From positions 249,738,001-249,802,000 of the forward strand of contig NC_086097.1 of NCBI RefSeq assembly GCF_963921235.1: 64,000 bases of DNA, in the 5' to 3' direction. Within the stretch, counting starts at the first letter, position 1; every line of letters begins with the position of its first letter. Below are positions 50,410 through 63,286 of this stretch, piece by piece. The notes beneath the pieces were generated by a model that did not search any database, was not told the origin of the DNA, and was given only the letters and a program-made list of their open reading frames with translations. This stretch comes from Mobula hypostoma (lineage: Eukaryota). Made by a program: the position numbers and the translations under genes.

Positions 50410-51980
50410 TCACATAAGACCGTAAGATATAGGAATAGAATTAGGCCATCACATCTGCTCCACCATTTCATCATAGCTGACTCATTTTCCCTCTCATCCC
50501 CAATCTCCTGTGTCCTCCCCATATCCCCCATGCCCTGACCAATCAAGAATCTATCAACTTCTGCCTTAAATATACATAAAGACTTGGCCTCCACAGCTAC
50601 CTGTGGCAAAGAATTCCACAGACTCACCACTCTCTGATTAAAGAAATTCTTCCTCATCTCTGTTCTAAAAGGACATCCCTCTATTTTGATTGTCCTCTCC
50701 ACATCCACTCTATCAAGGCCTTTCACCATTTGATAGGTTTCAATGAGGTCACCCCTCATTCTTCTGAATTCCAGTGCATACAGGCCCAGAGCCATCAAAC
50801 GCTCTTCATATGACGAGCCATTCAATTCTGGAATCATTTTTGTGAACCTCCTTTGAACCCTCTCCAGTTTCAGCACATCCTTTCTAAGATAAGGGGACCA
50901 AACCTATTCACAATACTCCAAATGAGGCCTCACCAGTACTTTATGAAGTCTCAACATTTCATCCTTGATTTTATATTCTAGTCATCTTAAAATGAATGCT
51001 AACATCATATTTGCCTTCCTCACCACAGACTCAACTTACAAATTAGCCTTTAGGGAATCCTGCACAAGGACTCCCAAATCCATTTGCACCTTCAATCATT
51101 GTATTTTCTCTCCATTTAGAAATACTCAGCCCCTTCATCTACTAAAGTGCATGACCATACACTCCCTGACACTGTATTTCATCTGCCAATTCTTTGCCCA
51201 TTTTACAAGTCTTTCCCTTGTCTCCCTATTTCCTCAAAACTACCTTCCCTCCAACTATCTTCAACAAACTTTGCAACAGACATCAATTCCATCATCCAAA
51301 TCATTCACATATAACATAAAAAAATCAGTCCCAATGGACTCCTGTGGAACACCACTAGTCACTGGCAGCTGATGAGAAAACATAGCAACATAGAAAATAG
51401 GTGCAGGAGTAGGCCATTCGGCCCTTCGAGCCTGCACCGCCATTCAGTATGATCATGGCTGATCATCCAACTCAGAACCCTGTACCAGCCTTCCCTCTAT
51501 ACCCCCTTTAGCCACAAGGACCATATCTAACTCCCTCTTAAATATAGCCAATGAACTGGCCTCAACTGTTTCCTGTGGCAGAGAATTCCACAGATTCACC
51601 ACTCTCTATGTGAAGAAGTTTTTCCTAATCTCGGTCCTAAAAGGCTTCCCCTTTATCCTCAAACTGTGACCCCTCATTCTGGACTTCCCCAACATCGGGA
51701 ACAATCTTCCTGCATCTAGCCTGTCCAATCCCTTTAAGATTTTATACGTTTCAATCAGATCCCTCCTGAATCTTCTAAATTCCAACGAGTATAAGCCTAG
51801 TTCATCCAGTCTTTCATCATATGAAAGTCCTGCCATCCCAGGAATCAATCTGGTGAACCTTCTTTGTACTCCCTCTATGGCAAGGATGTCTTTCTTCAGA
51901 TTAGGGGACCAAAACTGCACACAATACTCCAGATGTGGTCTCACCAAGGCCTTGTACAACTGCAGTAGTACCTCCCTGCT
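50410..51980 (-). mobile_element. Two consecutive minus-strand CR1 3' fragments
   Basis: Fragments at ~50410-51372 and ~51373-51980, each with CR1 C-terminal motifs and its own tail. Confidence 0.88.
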
Positions 51981-52049
51981 CCCTTTATTCCCACTCTTTG
52001 CCTCCTGGCAATAAGCCACAGCTTTATCCATGCTAGAATCTTTCCTGTA

Positions 52050-54035
52050 AATAAAAGAGAAGAAGTATAACGTAGCAAAGATGAGCGGGAAGCCAGAGGA
52101 TTGGGAAACTTTTAAAAGGCAACAGAAGCTAACTAAAAAGGCAATACAGGGAGAAAAGATGAGAAATGAAGGTAAGCTAGCCAAGAATATAAAGGAGGAT
52201 AGTAAAAGCTTCTTTAGGTATGTGAAGAGGAAAAAATTAATTAAGACCAAAGTTGGGCCCTTGAAGACAGAAACGAGTGAATTTATTATGGGGAACAAGG
52301 AAATGGCAGACGAGTTGAACAGGTACTTTGGATCTGTCTTCACCAGGGAAGACACAAACAATCTCCCAGATGTAATAGTGGCCGGAGGACCTAGGGTAAT
52401 GGAGAAACTGAAGGAAATTCACATTAGGCAGAAAATGGTGTTGGGTAGACTGATGGGACTGAAGGCTGATAAATCCCTAGGGCCTGATGGTCTGCATCCC
52501 ATGGTACTTAAGGAGGTGGCTCTAGAAATCGTGGACTCATTGGTAATCATTTTCCAATGTTCTATAGATTCAGGATCAGTTCCTGAGGATTGGAGGGTAG
52601 CTAATGTTATCCTACTTTTTAAGAGAGGAGGGAGAGAGAAAACAGACCAGTTAGCCTGACATCAGTGGTGGGGAAGATGCTGGTGTCAATTATAAAAGAT
52701 GAAATAGCGGCACATTTGGGTAGTAGTAACAGGATCGGTCCGAGTCAGCATGGATTTACGAAGGGGAAATCATGCCTGACTAATCTTCTGGAATTTTTTG
52801 AGGATATAACTATGAGAATAGACAAGGGAGAGCCAGTGGATGTAGTGTACCTGGACTTCCAGAAAGCCTTTGATAAGGTCCCACATCGGAGATTAGTGGG
52901 CAAAATTGGAGCACATGGTATTGGGGGTAGGGTACTGACATGGATAGAAAGTTGGTTGGCTGACAGAACACAAAGAGTAGGGATTAATGGGTCCCTTTCA
53001 GAATGGCAGGCAGTGACTAGTGGGTACCGCAAGGCTCGGTGCTGGGACCGCAGCCATTTACAATATACATTAATGATTTAGATGAAGGGATTAAAAGTAA
53101 CATTAGCAAATTTGCAGATGACACAAAGTTGGGTGGCAGTGTGAAATGTGAGGAAGATGTTATGAGAATGCGGGTGACTTGGACAGGTTGGGTGAGTGGG
53201 CAGATGCATGGCAGATGCAGTTTAGTGTGGATAAATGTGAGGTTATCCACTTTGGTAGCAAGAACAGGAAGGCAGATTACTATCTGAATGGTGTCAAGTT
53301 AGGAAAAGGGGAAGTACAACGAGATCTCGGTGTCCTTGTTCATCAGTCACGGAAAGTAAGCATGCAGGTACAGCAGGCAGTGAAGAAAGCTAATGGCATG
53401 CTGGCCTTCATAACAAGGGGAGTTGAGTATAGGAGCAAAGAGGTCCTTCTGCAGTTGTACAGGGCCCTGGTGAGACCACACCTGGAGTATTGTGTACAGT
53501 TTTGGTCTCCAAATTTGAGGAAGGACATTCTAGGTATTGAGGAAGTGCAGCGTAGGTTCACAAAGTTAATTCCTGGGATGGAGGGACTGTCATATGTTGA
53601 AAGATTGGAGCGACTGGGCTTGTATACTCTGGAATTTAGAAGGATGAGAGGGGATCTGATTGAAACATATAAGATTATTAAGGGATTGGACACACTAGAG
53701 GCAGGAAACGTGTTCCCGATGTTGGGGGAGTTCAGAACCAGAGGCCACAGTTTAAGAATAAGGGGTAGACAATTTAGAACCGAGTTGAGGAAAAACAACT
53801 TTTTCACACAGAGGGTTGTGGTTCTGTGGAATGCTCTGCCTCAGAAGGCAGTGGAGGCCAATTCTCTGGATTCTTTCAAAAAAGAGTTAGATAGAGCTCT
53901 TAAAGATAGCGGAGTGAGGGGATATGGGGAGAAGGCAGGAAAAGGGTACTGACTGTGGATGATCAGCCATGATCACAGTGAATGGCGGTGCTGGCTCGAA
54001 GGGCTGAATGGCCTACTCCTGTACCTATTGTCTAT
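52050..54035 (+). mobile_element. CR1 LINE ORF2 3' half
   Basis: ORFs 52081-52659, 52665-53081, 53039-53287 and 53179-53952 form a frameshifted CR1 RT. Confidence 0.93.
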
Positions 54036-54353
54036 AGAGAATATACCAACTCTTTCCAGGCAGCGGTGGGAAATGAACCTGGGTCGCTGGTACTGTAAAG
54101 CACTCTGCAAACCACTACACTACAGTACCACCCCAGCTCAGGGCATTGGAGTTCAGAGTTCAATTCCAGCGTCCTCTGAAGAAAATTTGTACATCCTTCC
54201 TGTTTCTGTGTGGATTTCTTCCGGGTACTCCAGTTTCCTCCTACAATCTAAAGACGTACCGGTTAGTAGGATCACTGGTCATCGTAAATTGCCCCATGAT
54301 TAGCCTAGTGTTAAATAGCTGGTTGCTGAGTGATGCGGTTTAAAGGGCCAAAC

Positions 54354-54433
54354 CAGGGGTTCCCAACCATTTTTATGCGGTGGAGCCTTACCATTAACCG
54401 AGGGGTCTATGGACCCGAGGTTGGGAACCCCTG
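54354..54433. mobile_element. hAT-type ~80-bp MITE
   Basis: Perfect 15-bp TIR caggggttcccaacc / ggttgggaacccctg. Confidence 0.8.
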
Positions 54434-54990
54434 AACTAAATAAAAATCAGTAAACAAATTAAAGGCCTCACCATAATTCACTTAGAAACAGATCCCAATT
54501 ATCTTGATCACTAACAAAATGGAAGTGAGCAACTTTTAAATGGGATAAGCATTTCATAGTATTCATAATAATTGTCAGATAATTAGTAAGCAAACTGTCA
54601 GAGTCCTTGAGTTCCAACTTGGTTGTGGGTTTCACAATGTTGAGTGTTTTATCAGCTGAGTGAGGTCAAGTTATTTTAATCAGCAGCTCCTGCTGGATTT
54701 TCCCCGTATCTATCATATTCACCTCCCTGCCAACAATCCTTTTGATTTCTGTGCGAAGACTTGGCCAAAGAACAGACCAAAGTAACTCAATTCCTAGTTA
54801 AAGCTCTGCACAAATCTATTGTCACTGAATTTGAAAGTCAGCCAACTGTAACATTTAAATTAATGAGGTACTTGACCCAAAGTGAAGACAGTTTTCAAAT
54901 ACATTTTAGACGATATTTCCTTCAATGAATGAAACTCAAATAAAGGTACTTCTGCAAGAGATCTGGCCACAGTAAGTGGGATGAATCTGA

Positions 54991-55489
54991 AGGCTGATTA
55001 ATACTTCTGCATCAAATCGACGCCGTAGGTACGGCGTCACCGCGAACCCTACACAGAGCCTACACGGATCCCTACACCGTAGCCTAATGCGCACCTCTCC
55101 CAAAATGTACGCGTCGCAGCAATGCAGACTGCAACAACTGTGATTGGTCTACTTGGTAGCATTGCATTTCCTCCTACGCTGCAATAGCTTCCCATTGGGC
55201 GACTGAAGGGCAGGGAAGGAACTCTGGCTGCAATGCTTTCCATACCTCCGAAATTATGGAGGACTCATTTCGCTTTTACGAAAAAAGACGCTTGCTTTAA
55301 ATTTGTTTACCTCAAGAAAGACTACCATGACCATGAAGCCTTGCGTGGGCAGGTGTGTGCGCATGCACGACGTGCCTGAATTGCAGAGCGACACAGACAC
55401 ACCAACGCACAAGAATAAATGCTCACAACGCGCGTAGGTAACTTGTGTAGGTTACGGCGTCCATTTGACGCAGAAGTATAAATCAGCCT
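54991..55489. mobile_element. PIF/Harbinger-type MITE (499 bp)
   Basis: ~37-bp TIRs (aggctgattaatacttctgcatcaaatcgacgccgta, 3 mismatches to the right end). 3-bp flanks tga/taa. No ORF. Confidence 0.75.
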
Positions 55490-55806
55490 TAACTCGTTGG
55501 CCTGTGTGATTGAGAACAGGTGGGACAGGAGGAGGGGCTGCTCCCTATCCCTAATCCCCAAACTGACCTCTAGATCCCCCACAGTCCTGTCCCTAAACCT
55601 TAACTTGACCACTAACCCCCCTCCCTGACCCGAAAACTAACCTTAAAAACTTTAGAAACAAGTACATCTGAGTAATCTTAACTGTGAGAATACTGACTGG
55701 AGACTGGATGCCTGGAAGCTTGTTGGGGGCCTGTCTGTGGCAATGAATTCCACAGATTCACTCAATTTCAAAGTTCAAAGTTAATTTTATTATCAAAGTA
55801 CTTATT

Positions 55807-57375
55807 CAGTTGCAAGAAAAATTTTGCGAACCCTTTGCAATTACCTGGTTTTCTGCATTAATCATAAAATATGGTCTGATCTTCATCTAAGTCACCATAA
55901 TAGATAAACAAAATCTGCCTAAACTAATAACACACAAACAATTGTACTTCATCTCGTTAATACTGAGTACACCATTTAACAATCACAGTCTAGGTTCAAA
56001 AAAGTATGTGAACCTCTGGGGTAATGCCTTCTACAAAAGCTATTTGGAATCAGGTGTTCCAATCAGTAAGATGAGATTGGAGTGTGGATTGTAGAGGTGA
56101 CCTGCCCTATAAAAAAGACACACAAGGTCAGGTTACTGATGGAGTCTGCTCTTCTCAAGAAAGATCAGTTTATGTGCACCATGCCTTGATCAAGACAACT
56201 TTCAGAGGACCTCCGATGAAGAATTGTAGAGATGCATGAAGCTGGAAAAGGCTACAAAACCATTCCTGAAGACCTGAATATTCATCAGTCCACAGTATGA
56301 GAAAATGTCTACAAATGGAGGAAATTCAATATGGTTGCTGCTCTTCCTCGGGGAGTGGGCATCCTGCAAAGATCACACCAAGAGCACAATGTACAATACT
56401 GAAGGAGGTGAAAAGAACCCAAGGGTAACAGCAAAAGGCCTGCAGAAATCTCCAGAACTTGCAGAAGTCTCTTTTCATGTGTCCACTATAAGAAAAACAC
56501 GAACAAGAATGGTGTTCATGGAAGGACACCACAGAGAAAACCACTGCTCTCCAAAAAAGAATTGCTGCACATCTCAGGTTTGCAAACGACCACCTGGATG
56601 TTCCACAATGCTCCAGGGACAATGTTCTGTGGGCAGATGAGACAAAAGTTGAACTTTTTGGCAGAAATGCACAGTGCCATTTTTGGAGGAAAAAGGGCAC
56701 TGCACACCTACACCAAAACCTCAATCCCAACTGTGAAGCATGGTGGAAAAAGCATCATGATTTGGGAGAACATGCTGCCTCACGGCAGCTTGAGGGAGCC
56801 ACAGATTCAAAATTGAATCAAGACATTTTACAGGAGAATGTCAGAGTAGCGGTTCATCACCTGAAGTTCAATAGAAGTTGGATGATGCAACAAGACAATG
56901 ATCCAAAATACAAGAGTACATCAACAACAGAATAGTTTAAAAAGAAAAAACAGATGTGTTTTAGAATGGCCAAGTCAGAGTCCAGACCTTAACCCAATTG
57001 AGATGCTGTAGCATGACCTGAAAAGAGCTGTTCATGCATGGTATCCCAGAAATATTGATGAACTGAAAGAGTTTTGTATGGAGGAATGGTGTTGTGCAAG
57101 TCTGATCAGCAACTACAGGAAACACTCGGCAGAGGTTATTTCTGCTAAAGAAGTTTCTACCAGTTATTAAGTGCAAGGGTTCACATACTTCTTCCAGCCT
57201 GGACTGTGAATAGTGAAACAATAATTTCAATAAAGACATGAAAAATACAATTGTTTGTGTGTTATTTTTTATGCCCATTATTGTGACTTAGATGAAGATC
57301 AGACCTGATTTTTTGAGTAATTAATGCAGAAAAATGGGTAATTGCAAACGGTTCATAAACATTTTCTTGCAACTG
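55807..57375 (+). mobile_element. Full-length Tc1-like transposon with pseudogenised transposase
   Basis: Long TIRs cagttgcaagaaaa.../...ttttcttgcaactg|TA. Remnants from the ATG at 56181: [45 protein letters not shown]. Confidence 0.9.
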
Positions 57376-57944
57376 TATGCCACTGTGTACCCACAGATTC
57401 ATTGTCACTACCCTCTGGCTGAAGAAATTCTTCCTCATCCCTGTTCCCAATGGACATACCTCTATTCTGACACAGTGCCCTCGGCTCCAAGACTCCCCCA
57501 CTACAGAAAAACATCGCACAGTCATTAAATGCTCTTTATAAGTTAATCCTTTTATTCAAGAGTCTCCATTGCCCAAGTTAATCAATAAACACATATTGGT
57601 TGAATACCGTGTGTATGGAGGAAAGCATCTAGTTTTGTTGTTTTGTTACTTGTTGTGTTCTGATGAACATTGTGGACATGCTATGTTGACGCTGGAATAT
57701 GTAGCAACTCTTGCAGCTGCCCCCAGCACATCTTTGGTTGTATTGTTAACTCAAACGATGAATTCCACTGTATGTTTTGATGTACACATGATGAATAAAT
57801 GTATGTGTGACATGCACAGTTCACTGAATCAAAATCTGATTTAATATCACCAGCATTTGTTGTGAAATTTGTTAACTTTGTGGAGGCAGTACAAAGCAGC
57901 TCATGATAAATATAGGAAAAAACTGAATTACAGTAAGTATATTG

Positions 57945-58280
57945 AGGGTCTCTGTCGGTCAGAGTGACCAAAGATAAGGTGTCCTAGCTGTCGAGATATA
58001 CAACGCTGGGCAGTACGATATGGAGAGGGAAGCTGTTGCCCTTGCATCAGGCTCCCCCTCTGTATGCGTCTGATGAACCCACAGGAGAAACCGATACAGT
58101 TTGGTACTAGCAGCGTCACAGGAGTTGCCAGTCAGCGTTGAACTCAACGCAGAACTGCCTTAGGGGCTGCAACTCTGGATTTTTCCCCTCGGGGTTTACT
58201 CCTGAAGCCTTCCCCATGAGTGGGCATAGCCGCAAGGCAACTGAGGTTTGAGATCAGAGTTTTCCTTCTCCTAGATGAGC
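57945..58280 (-). mobile_element. Probable RTE 5'-UTR-derived fragment
   Basis: Minus strand starts gctcatctaggagaaggaaaactctgatctcaaacc, resembling RTE 5' regions as I recall them. Confidence 0.45.
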
Positions 58281-59104
58281 AGTACATACAGTAAGTACGT
58301 GTATATTAAATAGTTAAATTGAAATGAAGTAGTGCAAAAACAGAAATAAATTTTAAAAACTAATGAGATAGTGCTCATGGGTTCAATGTTCATTTAGGAA
58401 TCGGCTGGCAGAGGGGAAGAAGCTGTTCTTGAATCGCTGAGTGTGTGCCTTAAGGCTTCTGTACCTCTTTTCTGATGGTAACAGTGAGAAGAGGGCATGT
58501 CCTCGGTGACAAGGGTCCTTAATGATGGACGCCACCCCCCTGAAGTTCCACTACTTGAAGATGTCTTGGATACTATGGAGGCTAGTACTCATGATCGAGC
58601 TAACAAATTTTTCAAATTTCTGCAGCTTACTTCGATCCCGTGCAGTAGCCCTGTCGTAATCAGAACTCATTACGTAATTAGGAAGCCACTGGATCAATTG
58701 TGTTTCTACGTTGAAGAAAAACTCCACTTCTTTTCGAACACATCTAAAACCTTGAATATAGATACAAAAGAGACTGCCACTGCAGATGCTGGAAAGCTGC
58801 AACTAGACACACAAAATCCCAGAGGAACTCAGGCAGCATCTATGGAGGGAAATGAGCAGCAGATGTTTGAGGCTGAGACCCTTCATCATGACTGGAATTT
58901 AAAGGTGTCTTTTTCATTTCACCATTTCAGAAAGATTACACTGGTTAGCATTTCACTTAACACTTTTCTCCAAGCATAACACTTTTCTCCAAAAGTGTTG
59001 CTTCCTCAATTTTGTTTTTTGGCTATGATAGACCACCTGAAGCTGAACACAAATACAATTTCAGATTACTTGTAGAACGTAGGAATTTGGAGAAGCAAGA
59101 ACTT

Positions 59105-59495
59105 ATATTTTGTTCCTTGGAGCTTAGAAGAATGAGGGGAGATTTGATAAAGGTTTACAAAATTTTGAGGGATATGGAGAGAGTAAATGTGAATAGGCTC
59201 TTTCCACTTAGATTAGGAGAGATAAATATGAGAGGACATGGCTTTAGGGTGAAAAGGGAAAGGTTTAGGGGGAACTTCTTCACTCAGAGAATGGTGGGAG
59301 TGTGGAATGAGCAGCCATCTGACGTGGTAAATCACTCTTAAGTTCTAAGAATAAATTGGATAGCTACATGGATGGGAGAGGTCTGGAGGGTTATGGACTG
59401 GATGCAGGTCAATGGGCCTAGCGGAATAAATTTTGGTACAGACTAGAAGGGCCGAATGGCCTGTTTTCTGTGCTGTAGTGTTCTATGGTTCTATT
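59105..59495 (+). mobile_element. CR1 3' fragment
   Basis: SLELRRMRGDLIKVYKIL...FFTQRMVGVWN. ttctatggttctat tail. Confidence 0.85.
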
Positions 59496-59589
59496 GTTTA
59501 ATATAATGTGTTTAACTGCATAATAGCAGTGATCCTCTGCAATAGTTTAACCAAGCTAAAAGTGTTTTGTTAACTCTTTTCATTTGTAC

Positions 59590-61044
59590 TCAGTGTCTGA
59601 GGCTTCTTGCCAGCATTGGTAGATTCCAGTTGCCCTGATACCATTTCTCCATTACTGCAATATCCTGGTGAAATCTTTCACCATGCTTGTCACTGACAGC
59701 AACAAGATTTGCAGGGAGGAAGTCTAAATGGGAATGTAAAAAATGAATCTTTAGTGACATTTTATACTTCATGGTTTTGAATGCTTGAAGCATGTTGTCA
59801 ACCAGCTGCACATAGTTTGGTGCTCTGTGGTTGCCAAGAAAACTTTCAATAACATACTTGAATGCCATCCATGTGATTTTCTCCGATCCCACTACAAGTT
59901 CTTCAAATTGCCTGTCTTTGATGACCTCTTTGATTTGTGGATCAACAAAAATGTCTTCCTTAATTAGTTATTCTGGGTAACACTTGTCTTAAATATCAAA
60001 ACCTTTCACTGAAATTCTTGTGCCTGATGACAGCAAATACCCTCTTTGTAGTCTTGAACCCAGTAATTCTGCTTTTGCCTTTGGCAAACCCAAGTCTCTG
60101 ACCACGCTATTTAACTCAGACTGAGTTATCAGATGAGATTCACTCAACATAAGGGGTTCAAAATCTGTATCAGTATCAGTGTTCTTCTCCACTCCTGGCT
60201 CGTAATTCACGGCATCTTCGTCTGCCTCCTCTAGACTCCATGTCTCTGGTGGCTTCAGTACTGGAAGGCTATCATCATGCGCCGCAGGTCTCATGGCTAA
60301 AGGAAGACTGGGGTACTGAATGGATTTCTTATTTTTCACAGAGAATCCAGACATACTGATCAGACAGAAGTAGCTGTCCATCACATGATCATTCGACTCT
60401 TTCTATATCATCGGGACAGCAAATATCATTGACTTCCGAGTACCTCTGAGCCAAGCTCTGAGATCGGCAGCACATGTTATGCAACAAATGTAAGGAGCCC
60501 AAGCTTTGTCTAGGTCACCAACTTTACACACAAAGTTGAGCTCATAGGCTTTCTTATGCTCCATGAGTCATGCTCCATCTTTGAGATTTAAGTGTCTACT
60601 CGCCCCAAATATAAAGGAGGTATTGCTGCTATTGCAATATTGGTGAAACATTTTGCTATCACAAATACTGCTGAAAATACAATTGCTTTATTATAATAAG
60701 TACATGCACATCAATGCGATCGCAAACTGATAAACATGTAAGCACAACACATAGAACAGTGTGTGCATGGTGCTTTTATAGCCTTTTTAAAACCTGTCCT
60801 GTCATGCAGCATCCGCCCTGCCTAAACACGCCCAGGCATGTCTGGACAAGATAGAAAACTTTTCAGCTTACATTGTGAGCAACATTTTAATAGACATGTA
60901 TTATGAATAGAAATAACAAATCTAGTCAATTTTAAAAAAAAGGAGTGTGATAGGTAAATTTCATGGTGATTTTCATGATCAACAGCCCAAAATCCATAAG
61001 ATACACCCAAATTATTCAGGAAGCAAAATATTTGTTGTCCAGTG
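59590..61044 (-). mobile_element. Chapaev3-like DNA transposon, internally deleted
   Basis: MSLKIHFLHSHLDFLPANLVAVSDKHGERFHQDI, ITQSELNSVVRDLGLPKAKAELLGSRL and an N-terminal Cys-rich remnant. CACTGG terminus at 61044, followed by tta. Confidence 0.75.
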
Positions 61045-61865
61045 TTATTTAAATTACTTTCAACCAACTGTCGGTTAAGGGCATCTCATTGAAACCTATC
61101 AAGTATTACAGAGAGTGGATGAGGAGAGGTTGTTTCCAATAGTGAGGGAAGTCGAGGACCAGAGGGCACAGCATCAGAATAGAAGAATGTCCCTTTAGAA
61201 CAGAGACGAGGCCAGAGGGTGGCAAATCTGTGGAATTTATTGCACAGACAGCTGAGGAGGCTAGGTCATTGGGTATATTTAAAACTGAGAATGATAGGTT
61301 CTTGAAAGGTTACAGGTAGAAGAAATGGGATTCAGAGGGATATGGAAATGACAATGCCCTTGAATGGAAAATCCTACAAAAAGTAGTGGTTACGGCTCTG
61401 TCCCTCACAGGTAAAACCCTCCCCATGACTGAGCACATCTACACGGAGCATTGTCACAGGAAAGTAGTATCCATCATCAGAAACCCCCACCACCCAGACC
61501 ATGCTGTCTTCTCGCTGCTGCCATCAGGAAAGAGGTACAGGAGCCACAGGACCCACACCACCAGATTCAAAAACAGCTATTAACCCTCAACCATCAGGCT
61601 CCTGAACCAGATGGAAAAACTTCACTCAGCCCAATACTGAACTGTTCCCACAACCTTTGGACTTACTTTCAAGGACTCTTCATCTCATGTTATCGATATT
61701 TATTGCTTATTGATTTATTATTATTTTGTTTGATTATTTTTCCTTAGAATTTCCACAATTTGTCTTTTGCACAGTCTTTTGTCAGTCTTGTGTGTGGGTT
61801 CTCATTGATTCTATTGTGTTTCTTTGAACGCCTTCAAGAAAATGAATCTCAGGATTATATATACA

Positions 61866-62074
61866 CAGTGGCAAGCAAAAGTTTGGGCACCCTTTGTCAA
61901 AATTTCTGTTACTGTGAACAGCTAAGCCAGTAAAAGATGAACTGATTTCCAAAAGGTATAAAGTTAAAGATGACACATTTCTTTAATATTTTAAGCAAGA
62001 AAACTTGTTTTATTTCCATCTTTTACAGTTTCAAAATAACAAAAAAAGGAAGAGGGCCCAAAGCAAAGCCACTG
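61866..62074. mobile_element. Short Tc1-derived remnant
   Basis: Tc1-type left end cagtggcaagcaaaagtttgggcaccc and short right end gccactg|TA. Confidence 0.55.
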
Positions 62075-63286
62075 TAGTGACATACACATACTTTGATAAT
62101 AAATTTATTTTTGTGATCTATTTTAACTAAATCCCATCTGTTCCAAAGAAATAAATTCTGGCCTACCCAATCATCAGAGACAAAACCTCTCAACTTGGCA
62201 ACATCTTTACAATTCCATTTTTTATATGGACTCTCATCCAATCACAAACTTCCTTTGACAGTGACTCAATGGGCATTCTTCAGTATTCTATCTGTGGCCT
62301 AACTGTATAAAGACCCAGATGTTCTTGTATTTCCAATTCAGCCCGGCGCTCAAACCTCAGCTCTTTCCTCACTCAAAGACAGGCCCATATCGGAGCGGCA
62401 AGGCCTGGTCCAACAGCGAGGAACAACCCAATGTTTGGATGAGTTAAATGGTGGTCTGGATTGAAAAGGTCAGAGCGTCGGGGCCAGGGGTGAGGGATGG
62501 ACTAGTTCAGCTCGCTGCTCTTCGACACTTACTCAGCTCTGCACTGAACTGAGGGTGTGGCTTGGTGTCTACGGACAGTCTCACTTTGGTCAACTTCACT
62601 TCTGAATGCCATTTGCTTACTTTTATTGTTTGCACGATTTGCTTTTTTTCTCTCTACACATTGGGTGTTCGACATTTTCCTTCATGGGTCCTTTTGGGTT
62701 TCTTTGTTTTGTGGCCGCCTGTAAGGAGACAATTCTCAAGGGTGTATATAGTGTGCATTCTTTGATGATAAATGTACTTTGAACTTTTTTTTCCGCACTC
62801 AGTCAGGGAATTCTTCTCAGCTGTTTTAGCTTTACCTTCCATCGCACTGCCTTCACCAACTTGCCAAAGGTTCCTCTACATCTCCCTGGCTTCATACTCG
62901 CGGGCTGCCCCCGGCACAATCCTCAGACTGTATTAGCTATTATTACAACACTGCATTTCATGGTATGTTTTGATATATAATAAAACTCATCTTTAATCTT
63001 TCTCTTAGACCCACTGAAATGCAGAGGTAACTTGGATGCTAAAACTAATTCAAAAAACTAATCACAAAACTAATTCAACTGAACAGCTCAGGAAATGCAA
63101 GTACTTCTGGATGGCAGCACTTGCAAACTCAGCAGCCTCGCGGGGGCCTACCAAAGCTGATTTTCCCTTTGTAAAACTTGTTTTTTCATGATCACAAGAA
63201 ATTTCCACTCCAAGAACATCAGGTACTGCAGGGCTTCTCCATCAACGAGCTGCTCGTTGATCAGAGTAGCTGGACTGGTGTCGACG

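Noticed and set aside
51606..52361. 251-aa chimeric ORF as a novel gene
   Set aside because: It is a chance read-through from the antisense of one CR1 into the sense of another.
58060..58112. Second hammerhead-like string ctgatga-acccacagga-gaaac
   Set aside because: Stem II has only ~2 bp, and no stem I forms in either register. It is likely a chance match.
58255..58280. HDV-like ribozyme at the RTE-like 5' fragment
   Set aside because: The fragment is truncated at 58280, and the upstream helices of the pseudoknot are not present.
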